From Candidatus Kuenenia stuttgartensis (GTDB lineage Bacteria; Planctomycetota; Brocadiia; Brocadiales; Brocadiaceae), in contig NZ_LT934425.1 of the NCBI RefSeq assembly GCF_900232105.1, forward strand, positions 3,060,001 through 3,092,000: a DNA stretch of 32,000 bases. Reading direction: 5' to 3'. Shown here piece after piece: positions 11,128 through 19,013 of this stretch. The stretch's first letter is position 1; the number at the start of each line of letters is the position of its first letter. The notes beneath the pieces are model-generated. The model was not told where the DNA came from and did not search any database. It worked only from the letters and a program-made list of their open reading frames with translations. A program made the translations under genes and the position numbers.

Positions 11128-12489
11128 ATGGAAAAAATGATAAAAAACGCATTAAAACTGGCAAAAGCGGACTACGCTGAGGTTCGTGTCCATGAAGGGG
11201 TCAGTACGGGTGTCACTTATGTAGGGAAAGAGCTTGAAGGTATCGGTGAAAAAAGCTCTTTTGGCGGATGCGTAAGGGCGTTAGTAAACGGCGGCTGGGG
11301 TTTTGTCGCCTTTAACGATATAGAACATCTTCCGAAATACATTGAAATGGCCTGTGAACAGGCAAAATTCGTTGGGAAGAATAAAAGCCAGCTTTCCCCC
11401 ATACCCATACTAAACGATCATACAAAGACGACAGTTGTCAATGACCCGGCGGAAATATCCTTGAAAGAAAAACAGTCGCTTTGCGACAAATACAACACGA
11501 TCATCCTTTCTTCAAAACAAATACAGACGTCCAATGTCCGGTATCTGGATTCACGCGGCACAGTATTTTTCTCCAATACAGAAGGGAGCTTTATAGCGCA
11601 GGAAACGATTTTTTGCGGCATCTCTCTGCTCGCTATGGCAAGGGACGGCATGAACGTCCAGCAGGCATATCATTCCGTAGGGGACTTGCGCGGGTATAAT
11701 AACGTATTAAATATGGAACAGGAATGTGAGAAGGTTGCAAAACGCGCGGTTGACCAGCTTTCGGCAAAACCGGTGAATGGCGGCAAATATACGGTCATCA
11801 TTGATCCCAAGCTGTGCGGTGTATTTGTCCATGAAGCGTTTGGGCACCTCAGCGAGGCGGATTTTGTTTATGAAAACGCTCAATTGCGGGAGATCATGGT
11901 TCTTGGGAAGCGTTTTGGCTCTGACGCCTTGTCGATTGTTGATGATGGTACTTTAGTCGGTGAAGCCGGATACAACAAGTATGACAGCGAGGGGACTCCG
12001 ACGCAAAAGACGTATCTTATTAAAAATGGTATATTAACCAACAGGCTTCATTCGCGGGAAACGGCAGCAAAGATGAATGAAAAGCCTACGGGCAATGCTC
12101 GCGCCATCAGTTATGGCAATGAACCCATCGTCCGTATGACGAATACCTTTATGGAGCCGCGTAATGATACCTTCGAAAAAATGTTATCGGAAGTTGATGA
12201 TGGTATTTACGCAATCGGCGCCTTAGGGGGGCAAACCAATATGGAGATGTTTACCTTTAGTGCGGAAGAGGCATACATGATACGCAACGGGCAGTTGAAA
12301 GAGAAAGTACGCGATGTAGTTCTTACCGGAAACGTGTTTGAGACACTCATGAATATTGATGCCATTGGAAACGATCTTGAAATTTATGGGGGTATGGGAG
12401 GGTGTGGCAAGGGAGGTCAATCGCCTTTGCGCGTCAGCGACGGCGGGCCTCATGTGCGAATACGAAATGTCGTTATTGGAGGAAGATGA
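11128..12489 (+). CDS. tldD: TldD/PmbA-family metalloprotease
   Basis: The 453-aa ORF has the HEAFGH zinc motif and the TldD-type C-terminal beta domain. Its stop abuts the pilT ATG. Confidence 0.85.
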   Translation: MEKMIKNALKLAKADYAEVRVHEGVSTGVTYVGKELEGIGEKSSFGGCVRALVNGGWGFVAFNDIEHLPKYIEMACEQAKFVGKNKSQLSPIPILNDHTKTTVVNDPAEISLKEKQSLCDKYNTIILSSKQIQTSNVRYLDSRGTVFFSNTEGSFIAQETIFCGISLLAMARDGMNVQQAYHSVGDLRGYNNVLNMEQECEKVAKRAVDQLSAKPVNGGKYTVIIDPKLCGVFVHEAFGHLSEADFVYENAQLREIMVLGKRFGSDALSIVDDGTLVGEAGYNKYDSEGTPTQKTYLIKNGILTNRLHSRETAAKMNEKPTGNARAISYGNEPIVRMTNTFMEPRNDTFEKMLSEVDDGIYAIGALGGQTNMEMFTFSAEEAYMIRNGQLKEKVRDVVLTGNVFETLMNIDAIGNDLEIYGGMGGCGKGGQSPLRVSDGGPHVRIRNVVIGGR

Positions 12490-13539
12490 ATGGATATAAT
12501 GGAACTCCTCGCTTTTGCAACCAAAGAAAGCGCGTCGGATGTGCATATAAGTTCCGGTGAACCGCCCATGATCCGTATACATGGTGATATGAGAAAAATT
12601 GACATGCCGCCATTGATGAGGGAGGATGTGCATACGCTTTTGTATAATATTCTTAATGACCAGCAACGCAAGGTATATGAGGAACATTATGAATTGGATT
12701 TTGCCATTGCAATAACGGGCGTTGGCCGTTTCAGGGTGAACGCCTTTCTGCAGAACAGGGGCGAGTCTATTGTGTTCAGAACCATTCCAGAAAAAATCCC
12801 GCTTCTGGAACAACTTAATATGCCCCCTATTGTGGCAGAATTAACGAAAAAGGAGAAGGGGCTCATCCTCGTAACAGGACCTACCGGCAGCGGAAAATCA
12901 ACCACGCTGGCGGCTATGCTAGACCTCATTAACCGGGAATATAAATGTCATATCCTTACCGTTGAAGACCCCATAGAATTTGTCCATAAGTCCAAAAACA
13001 GCCTCGTTAATCAAAGGGAATTGGGGTCAAATACCCATAGTTTCTCTAACGCCCTGAGATCGGCGCTTCGCGAAGACCCTGATGTTATTCTGGTGGGAGA
13101 AATGAGAGACCTTGAGACCATATCGCTGGCGCTCACCGCCGCAGAAACCGGTCATCTCGTACTTGCCACGTTGCATACTTCCAGTGCGCCGAAAACGGTT
13201 GACAGGATAATTGATGTATTTCCCGCGGAACAACAACAGCAAATCCGCACCATGCTGTCCGAATCGCTTCAGGCGGTAATTGCCCAACAACTGATCAAGA
13301 GAAAGGAAGGGGTTGGGCGTATCGCAGCGTTAGAAATTATGATCGGCACCCCTGCCGTAAGAAATTTGATCAGGGAGAATAAGATTGCCCAAATCCCTTC
13401 GGCATTGCAAACCGGACGCCAGCACGGCATGCAGACAATGGACCAGGCGCTGTTGGATTTGTGCAGAAACGGCCTTGTTTCCAAAGAATCAATCAGGAAT
13501 TTTGTAAGCGCCCCCTCTGTCCTCGACGGCATAAAGTAA
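12490..13539 (+). CDS. pilT: type IV pilus retraction ATPase PilT
   Basis: The 349-aa ORF has Walker A GPTGSGKST, the Asp box EDPIEF, Walker B VILVGEMRD and the His box LATLHT. Confidence 0.9.
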   Translation: MDIMELLAFATKESASDVHISSGEPPMIRIHGDMRKIDMPPLMREDVHTLLYNILNDQQRKVYEEHYELDFAIAITGVGRFRVNAFLQNRGESIVFRTIPEKIPLLEQLNMPPIVAELTKKEKGLILVTGPTGSGKSTTLAAMLDLINREYKCHILTVEDPIEFVHKSKNSLVNQRELGSNTHSFSNALRSALREDPDVILVGEMRDLETISLALTAAETGHLVLATLHTSSAPKTVDRIIDVFPAEQQQQIRTMLSESLQAVIAQQLIKRKEGVGRIAALEIMIGTPAVRNLIRENKIAQIPSALQTGRQHGMQTMDQALLDLCRNGLVSKESIRNFVSAPSVLDGIK

Positions 13540-13558
13540 ATTCTCAGGGAGATCTTCC

Positions 13559-14665
13559 ATGGAAATAAAAGATTTATTACAAGAAATGGTGCGTTTGGAT
13601 GCTTCTGATATTTACATTACCGTTGGGCTGCCCCCTGTGTACAGGAAGGAAGGGAACAACATTCCCGCCGGTCAGGAAATGGTAACGGGCGATGACACCC
13701 GCACCCTTGCCGAATCAATAATGAGCGAAAAACAAAGGGCAGATTTTTACGAACAGATGGAAATGAATTTAGCCCTGTATTATCCGGAACTTGGACGTTT
13801 CAGGGTAAACATTTTTTTTCAGCAAAGGAATGTCGGCCTTGTTATCCGGCAGATAAAGATAAATATTCAGTCTATTGACGATTTACGGCTACCCCAGGTG
13901 TTCAAAGACATTGCCATGACAAAACGGGGGCTTGTGCTGGTAGTTGGCGCAACCGGTTCAGGGAAATCAACCACACTGGCGGCGATGATTGATCACAGGA
14001 ATGAGAATAATTCAGGCCACATAATTACGGTAGAAGACCCCATTGAGTTTGTGCACCGCCATAAAAAGTCTGTTATCACACAAAGAGAAATCGGACTGGA
14101 CAGCTTGTCGTTTCACAATGCACTAAAAAATACCTTGCGCCAGGCGCCGGACGTCATCCTGGTGGGAGAAATCCGCGATACCGAAACAATGGAGTCTGCC
14201 ATTACCTTTGCGGAAACGGGCCATCTTTGTTTGGGAACACTTCATGCAAACAACGCAAACCAGGCGATTGAAAGGATTATAAACTTCTTTCCTCCGGAAC
14301 GGCATGAACAAATATACATGCTCCTCTCGCTGAATCTACGGGCAATAATCTCGCAAAGATTAATTCCAGCAAAAGATGGAAAGCGGTCAGGCGCCTTTGA
14401 AGTATTGCTGGACACCCCAAGGATAAAGGATCTTATCTTAAAAAAGGAAATAGGGTTATTGAAGGAAACAATGGCAAAAGGGAATCAGGAAGGGATGATG
14501 ACCCTGGACCAGTCCTTATTTCATCTTTTAAAAAAGGGGGAAATAACTTACGAAAACGCAATTGCCTACGCCGATAGCGCGAATGATCTGCGTCTGCGGA
14601 TAAAGGTGGAAGGGATTGAAGGTGAGAAAGAAGAAGGGCAGGCTGCGCGTTTTAAATTAAAGTAA
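13559..14665 (+). CDS. pilU: PilT-family ATPase, PilU-like paralog
   Basis: The 368-aa ORF has GATGSGKST, EDPIEF, VILVGEIRD and GTLHAN. Confidence 0.8.
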   Translation: MEIKDLLQEMVRLDASDIYITVGLPPVYRKEGNNIPAGQEMVTGDDTRTLAESIMSEKQRADFYEQMEMNLALYYPELGRFRVNIFFQQRNVGLVIRQIKINIQSIDDLRLPQVFKDIAMTKRGLVLVVGATGSGKSTTLAAMIDHRNENNSGHIITVEDPIEFVHRHKKSVITQREIGLDSLSFHNALKNTLRQAPDVILVGEIRDTETMESAITFAETGHLCLGTLHANNANQAIERIINFFPPERHEQIYMLLSLNLRAIISQRLIPAKDGKRSGAFEVLLDTPRIKDLILKKEIGLLKETMAKGNQEGMMTLDQSLFHLLKKGEITYENAIAYADSANDLRLRIKVEGIEGEKEEGQAARFKLK

Positions 14666-14672
14666 AAAAAAT

Positions 14673-14768
14673 TTTCAACTTAATCGAGGTATATGCATGA
14701 AAAATGAAAAACCAAATTATTGCAATCCAGGGCTTCTTTTGTTGAGTTGAATTTTCTTTCATCTAAGC
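14673..14768 (-). other. possible terminal attC-like site of the cassette array
   Basis: On the minus strand, GCTTAGA overlaps the hicB stop. An AT-rich imperfect inverted repeat follows (TGAAAGAAAA / TTTTTCATTTTTCA), ending in GTTGAAA. The call is weak because the region is AT-rich. Confidence 0.25.
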
Positions 14769-15008
14769 AACTGCTAATTTCTCTTCATTTTGAATAATTA
14801 TCCTGGGATTTTTGCTTTTTGGTGGGATGGGCAATCCCTTTTCTTTTAGTAAACTAATATGTTCCTTCATTCCCCATTTTGCTTTATAAATGCAATCCTC
14901 TATAGAGTGGCCAATGCCACTAAAACCTTCTAAATCTTCTGAATAAAATCCAAAATAGTCAGGTTCTTCAGTTGCCTCTATTATTAATGAATATTCTAAA
15001 TCAATCAT
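14763..15008 (-). CDS. hicB: HicB-family antitoxin
   Basis: The 81-aa ORF has a UPF0150/HicB-like N-terminal fold pattern (YSLIIEATEE..FGFYSEDLEGFSGIGHSIEDC...A...H) and lies directly downstream of hicA. Confidence 0.7.
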   Translation of the reverse strand: MIDLEYSLIIEATEEPDYFGFYSEDLEGFSGIGHSIEDCIYKAKWGMKEHISLLKEKGLPIPPKSKNPRIIIQNEEKLAVA

Positions 15009-15021
15009 TATTTGCCTCCTA

Positions 15022-15213
15022 TTATTTCTTTTTTATTCCTGCTGATTTTAGTACAGCATGACAGGTACCTTTTGGAACTTCTTTTGAACCATGATAGTCT
15101 ACACGAATTAATTTGTTCCATCCAGCTTTTCCATAATATCTTATAGACCTTTTTTCTTTTATAATTTTGAATCCTTCTTTTTCAGGAAGTTTAACAAGTT
15201 CGCTAAATTTCAC
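15022..15213 (-). CDS. hicA: HicA-family mRNA interferase toxin
   Basis: The 63-aa ORF (LVKLPEKEGFKIIKEKRSIRYY...HGSKEVPKGTCHAVLKSAGI) matches the HicA/YcfA pattern. Confidence 0.75.
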   Translation of the reverse strand: MKFSELVKLPEKEGFKIIKEKRSIRYYGKAGWNKLIRVDYHGSKEVPKGTCHAVLKSAGIKKK

Positions 15214-15236
15214 TGTTTATCCTGTATATTAATTTT

Positions 15237-15296
15237 TCATAACGTACTCTTCAGCAGTCGCGGCTTTTTGCGGTCTGCTGGAAGAGATGGTTAAGC
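15237..15296 (-). other. attC-like cassette recombination site (60 bp)
   Basis: The minus strand reads GCTTAAC (R'' type, containing the exonuclease gene stop), then CTCTTCCAGCAGACCGC, AAAAAGC, CGCGACTGCTGAAGAG (imperfect inverted repeat with unpaired bases), then GTTATGA (R' type). Confidence 0.6.
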
Positions 15297-16166
15297 GATG
15301 TCCTCTGCGTTGTTCACCAATTCTTTAAAGTCACTTTCTCTTAAAATTCTGATTTGTTGCCCTTTTGTAATTAGTCGCTCAGCTTTTTGGTGCTTTGAGC
15401 TTTTTTCCTTCCCAGCTAACTTTGTTACATCTTGATCACCAACAACTAAAATTGTAGTTTTTTTTGTGACTCCAGACTCCACATTGCATCCTATTTGGGC
15501 AGCAAGATCTGCCGCGTCTATACGGCGAATTGTCAGCGCCCCTGTAAAAACTAAATTTTCACCATAAAGCACTCCTTCAGGATTACCTTCACGACGAATT
15601 GCACCGCCAGTGCTAATATTAGAAGGATCAATTGGTTGTTTTACTCGCTTAAGCCAATCTTCAATTCCCAAACCTGTTTTGGCTATCGCAGCAATTAAAA
15701 TATGTCCAGAAGCTTTTGCATCCTCCAGCGCATTATGATGTTTAAATTCATAGCCAATTAATTCACAGACATTTTTTAATCCATATCCGCTCCATGAAAT
15801 TTCATTCCAGGTTCGACGAGCAACCCTTGCAGTATCCAACCATTTTGGTTTAGGTATTCTAATGTCGTATTTATCAAAAGCTTTACTAACGGAAACTCTG
15901 TCAAAGTGAGTATGGCATACAGTTAATACGCCATCGAGATATCCGTATATTTTTTGTGCAACCTCATGAATCTTAGGGGACCCCTCAACATCTGTTTCTG
16001 CTATTCCGTGAATATAAATGTTTATTGGATCAAAATAATCTTCTGGATCAATTAAAGAGCACCATTCGTCAATGAGTTTATTATCTTCGAATTTAGCAAT
16101 GCCGATTTGACAGATGGAGGAAATATCTGCATTTGCTGTTTCAACATCAAGTGCTACAAATTTCAA
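15291..16166 (-). CDS. DEDDh 3'-5' exonuclease (DnaQ-like) fused to a C-terminal BRCT domain
   Basis: The 291-aa ORF has Exo I ALDVETA, Exo II region IHGI..D, and Exo III HNALEDA (H-x4-D). The C-terminal segment LVFTGAL...TKKTTILVVGD resembles the LigA BRCT. Confidence 0.75.
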   Translation of the reverse strand: MKFVALDVETANADISSICQIGIAKFEDNKLIDEWCSLIDPEDYFDPINIYIHGIAETDVEGSPKIHEVAQKIYGYLDGVLTVCHTHFDRVSVSKAFDKYDIRIPKPKWLDTARVARRTWNEISWSGYGLKNVCELIGYEFKHHNALEDAKASGHILIAAIAKTGLGIEDWLKRVKQPIDPSNISTGGAIRREGNPEGVLYGENLVFTGALTIRRIDAADLAAQIGCNVESGVTKKTTILVVGDQDVTKLAGKEKSSKHQKAERLITKGQQIRILRESDFKELVNNAEDIA

Positions 16167-16184
16167 CTGGCTGTTCCTCCGGAA

Positions 16185-16556
16185 TCACGGGTTAGCATAT
16201 TTCGTCGCATCGCTTGTATAGATAACTTTCATACCAGTTTTTGAGCAAACAATTTCTCTTTCTTCAGTTAGATCGATGTCTAAATCTTCACCCCTTAGAC
16301 CTTGCCACTCTGCCAAGTAATTAAGGCTACCATACTTTTCTTTTTTTTGTGTTTTTTTCTCTACGCCACCTTTCCAGCCGAGTACTGGCAACTCTCCATT
16401 TTTTGCTTGCTCTGCCAACTCAGGGGATTCGATGCTTCTTCTTCGCCCAACTTCCCAGCATGTGATTAGACCATTGTCTGGTCCCCTCCATCGCTCATCA
16501 AACGAAGGGTTTTCCCTTATAGGCTCATGACAGGAGCGGTAAATACGTTTGCTCAT
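16185..16556 (-). CDS. hypothetical protein co-cassetted with the exonuclease-BRCT gene
   Basis: The 123-aa ORF has no motif I recognise. An 18-nt gap containing GGAGG precedes the exonuclease start, and there is no attC-like site between the two genes. Confidence 0.5.
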   Translation of the reverse strand: MSKRIYRSCHEPIRENPSFDERWRGPDNGLITCWEVGRRRSIESPELAEQAKNGELPVLGWKGGVEKKTQKKEKYGSLNYLAEWQGLRGEDLDIDLTEEREIVCSKTGMKVIYTSDATKYANP

Positions 16557-16579
16557 TAATTTCTCCTTTTGTTTTAGAA

Positions 16580-16631
16580 GCTTAATGTGCGCTTGAGCGG
16601 TACGCCGTCGGGCGCGTTCGTCTCAAAGCGC
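16580..16631 (-). other. attC-like inverted repeat, apparently disrupted at one end by a MITE
   Basis: The plus strand reads GCTTAAT GTGCGCTTGAGCGGTACGCC GTCG GGCGCGTTCGTCTCAAAGCGC, an imperfect inverted repeat. On the minus strand the R'-like core reads ATTAAGC. The partner core is not identifiable beyond the MITE junction. Confidence 0.4.
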
Positions 16632-16763
16632 TATACTCAATCAGACTGGAATCACGGGTTTCTGACGTGCTCATCCATTACCTTCCATGCCCTTTTAATT
16701 GTGCTCAGATTGGGATTATATTCAATCAAACCGAAGCCAGTGGTTTCAGTCTGATTGAGTATA
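16632..16763. mobile_element. 132-bp MITE-like element with 17-bp perfect terminal inverted repeats
   Basis: TATACTCAATCAGACTG at 16632-16648 and CAGTCTGATTGAGTATA at 16747-16763. The terminal TA dinucleotides are compatible with a TA target duplication. It has no coding capacity. Confidence 0.6.
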
Positions 16764-16835
16764 GACGTGAAACATTCACTTTAGCCATTGTTCAATATCG
16801 AACTTGATTGCCTTACCAACATATTCGTTTGACGC

Positions 16836-17234
16836 CTAATCGGAGAATCGACCACTGAGTTTTATGACTGATGAGTAGCCGCGCTGTTTTAATTGCACAG
16901 CCAAGGGTTTTACATCAAACCACATAGTCAGATTCTTTCCGTGTGTCAGCTCACAAGGGAGGCGATGGGTAGAGTTATTGGAAGAATTTATAAACTGGGA
17001 GCCATCGGGGAGCAGCAGTCCCACAGATGATAGCGTGACGGGTTTCTCTCCAATATTTGCGGCTTCCATAAGAATGTGCGTGTCGCTAATTTGTGGCCCA
17101 GCCGTAAGAAAGCCATATGATGTTCTTACTTTTACCCGTGGTGCTTTATCTTGACGCTGAACGACTGCCACATATGTTGACAGAAGTGCTGCATATGCAG
17201 CTACAAGCAGAGTAAGTATGTCTTTCAGTTCCAT
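16836..17234 (-). CDS. small single-pass membrane protein of unknown function (cassette gene)
   Basis: The likely start is the ATG at 17234 (MELKDILTLLVAAYAALLSTYVAVV), with GGAG 7 nt upstream. The longer 150-aa track ORF would begin inside the upstream repeat. There is an N-terminal TM helix, then a beta-rich domain of about 100 aa. Confidence 0.55.
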   Translation of the reverse strand: MELKDILTLLVAAYAALLSTYVAVVQRQDKAPRVKVRTSYGFLTAGPQISDTHILMEAANIGEKPVTLSSVGLLLPDGSQFINSSNNSTHRLPCELTHGKNLTMWFDVKPLAVQLKQRGYSSVIKLSGRFSD

Positions 17235-17251
17235 CAATACTCCGTGTTTAC

Positions 17252-17526
17252 GTCTAACAATGATTATACAGTCTGTATAAAACGTCAAACGCAGACTGTT
17301 TCGATATGTATAAGAAGTTGCCGTGCCTTCTCGTCACATATTGTAACTACTTTCGCATTAAAATAAAAGAGTTGCGTATCATCATAAAAACTTTTCATTA
17401 TTGAAATGATAAAGAACAGTTCGTAATTTTAGACACCGTAACCTCCTTTGCCCAAAACATGGGTGTAGATCGTCGTTTTTACACCGTGATGGCTAAGGAG
17501 TTCCCAGATGGTTTGAATATTTGATT
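17252..17526 (-). repeat. type-A cassette-boundary repeat (copy R1) with an integrase C-terminus relic and a GTTAGAC core
   Basis: It is near-identical to 23915-24190. Minus strand 17524-17429 translates to SNIQTIWELLSHHGVKTTIYTHVLGKGGYGV*. The 3' part has hairpins (ACAGTCTG...TACAGACTGT) and ends ...TATACAGACTGTATAATCATT GTTAGAC. Confidence 0.75.
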
Positions 17527-17742
17527 TTAAGCAAATATCAATCTTTCCCCCTTAGGCTCAGGTATGGGATCACCAAACTCCTTAGCGGTATCAATCCATA
17601 ATTGAATTGCCTCTTTAGCATTTTTTAATGCTTTTTCATGAGTCTCTCCATGAGCTATACAGCCAGGAAGTTCAGGCACTTCTGCTATAAATGCATTGTC
17701 TTCATTACTCCAGTAAATAATAATTTCGTATCTATACATCAA
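17527..17742 (-). CDS. hicB: HicB-family antitoxin
   Basis: The 71-aa ORF (YEIIIYWSNEDNAFIAEVPELPGCIAHGETHEKALKNAKEAIQLWI) is a classic short HicB/UPF0150. It overlaps hicA by 4 nt. Confidence 0.8.
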   Translation of the reverse strand: MMYRYEIIIYWSNEDNAFIAEVPELPGCIAHGETHEKALKNAKEAIQLWIDTAKEFGDPIPEPKGERLIFA

Positions 17743-17972
17743 ATAGTCCCTCCGCGTTTATATTTTACTATAATGTTTCTTACTTGTTTAACCTGATAAG
17801 GCTTTGCCTTATTGCCCTCACGCTGAAGATTAATTTTTTCTATAACAGCTTTCTTTCTGAACATGTGATGGCTGCTTTTAATCCTCATGTCAAAACCGAA
17901 ATGTTTCAACAGGCTGCATAAATCTTCAAATTTAATATTTGCATCCGATGTTCCACAAAGAATCTTAAGCAA
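17739..17972 (-). CDS. hicA: HicA-family toxin
   Basis: The 77-aa ORF has a TTG start. The segment FEDLCSLLKHFGFDMRIKSSHHMFRK fits the HicA pattern (GSHH-type motif). Confidence 0.7.
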   Translation of the reverse strand: MLKILCGTSDANIKFEDLCSLLKHFGFDMRIKSSHHMFRKKAVIEKINLQREGNKAKPYQVKQVRNIIVKYKRGGTI

Positions 17973-18041
17973 GAGCTTCTCATGTTTACCTATTGGTTTA
18001 TTTTATCATTGTTGTTGTGGTTATTTTATTATTTTTTATGC

Positions 18042-18737
18042 ACCGGATAGGTCACGGGCATTGCTGCCCGATTCCCTCCTAAGAACTGTACGTGATAGTT
18101 TCCCATCATACAGCTCAAGCACCTGTTTAAGCTTCTCTTATGGAGAAACCCGCTAATAAATTTCTTCACGTTAATAACTGACTGTCAGTATATCAAAAAA
18201 AAACGAAGGGGGCACCAGGCTTAGCACCCGTCATTTGCATTCCCTTCTTTCAACTGATTCATTCAATGTTCACGTAATAAGGCACCTGCCAACTATCAGC
18301 CTCATTACTGAGCCGGTAATATTTCAACCGGTATCTCTTCCATTACAGAAAAGCATTCGCTTCCTTATGGCATCTCACCCCAGTCCTCCAACAGCATGCC
18401 TCACGGTTAGCCTGCCCATAGGGCGAAGGTCTGAGTTTCCACGTTCCGTATAATTGACCCTGTAAATGACTTAGATGCGTCCTGGACACCGGTGGTTCTA
18501 CAGTTCCGTGCAAGCACGTTAGAGACTTGCAACTTTACCAACATGCTATTCACACTGGGGGAATAACCTTCGACCTGTTAAACCTCGTAGGTCTGTCGCT
18601 CATTGACGATGCGTGCGGACATTCATATATTTTCATCATATCATTCGTTCCTAGCCCTTAACCGGATAGGTTTTCCGGAGGGGTCTGCCTGTCGCCATTT
18701 CGACCCAATTCGGTACGTTGTCCGTGAGGCTTCGCAC
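18042..18737 (-). ncRNA. ORF-less group II intron ribozyme (about 696 nt)
   Basis: The minus strand starts GTGCG at 18737. Domain V at 18116-18083 reads GAGCUGUAUGAUGGGAAACUAUCACGUACAGUUC, with the AGC triad, AC bulge, GAAA tetraloop and G-U wobbles at canonical places. Domain VI at 18079-18045 is a GGAGGG / CCU-A-UCC helix with a bulged A at 18048 and a GCAA-capped hairpin. The last intron nt (18042) is the 6th nt after the bulged A. Only about 150 nt separate the D3-like region from DV, so no RT ORF fits. Confidence 0.8.
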
Positions 18738-18850
18738 CCCGTCGTCAGCGCAATGGTAGCACGCTCACGTAGGAATAAGCAGGAACATGCTTAGTACACT
18801 CAAGAAGAAAATCTTCTTTTAGTACAATCAATTATGCGACATCGTGTCGC

Positions 18851-18980
18851 GACTAACGGCTAGCGTTACCTGCGCTGGGGCGGGCGTGGATTCGGCTTGA
18901 AAGCAGGATTCTGTTGAGGCGTAGAAAAAGGTCAATAAATCGCACAGAATCCCCAGCGTCAGGTGCACGCTTTGTTAGAC
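18851..18980 (-). other. attC-like cassette recombination site (130 bp) of the ApeA-like cassette
   Basis: The minus strand reads GTCTAAC AAAGCGTGCACCTGACGCTGGGG ... CCCCAGCGCAGGTAACGCTAGCC GTTAGTC. The R''/L'' and L'/R' arms are imperfectly complementary, with unpaired bases. Confidence 0.65.
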
Positions 18981-19013
18981 CCCGCCTTTGACCTGCAAGA
19001 CTCTTTGCCGAAT

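Noticed and set aside
18235-18794. Plus-strand ORFs 18235-18453 and 18603-18794 (72 and 63 aa), plus 17887-18156.
   Set aside because: They lie antisense within the group II intron RNA or the hicA leader. They have no SD and no recognisable protein features. The structured-RNA interpretation explains the region better.
18042-18850. Considered RNase P RNA, tmRNA or another large structured RNA for this GC-richer non-coding stretch.
   Set aside because: It has no GGAAAGUCCGGGC-type RNase P core and no tRNA-like 3' end with a tag ORF. The canonical group II domains V and VI and the GUGCG 5' end fit instead.
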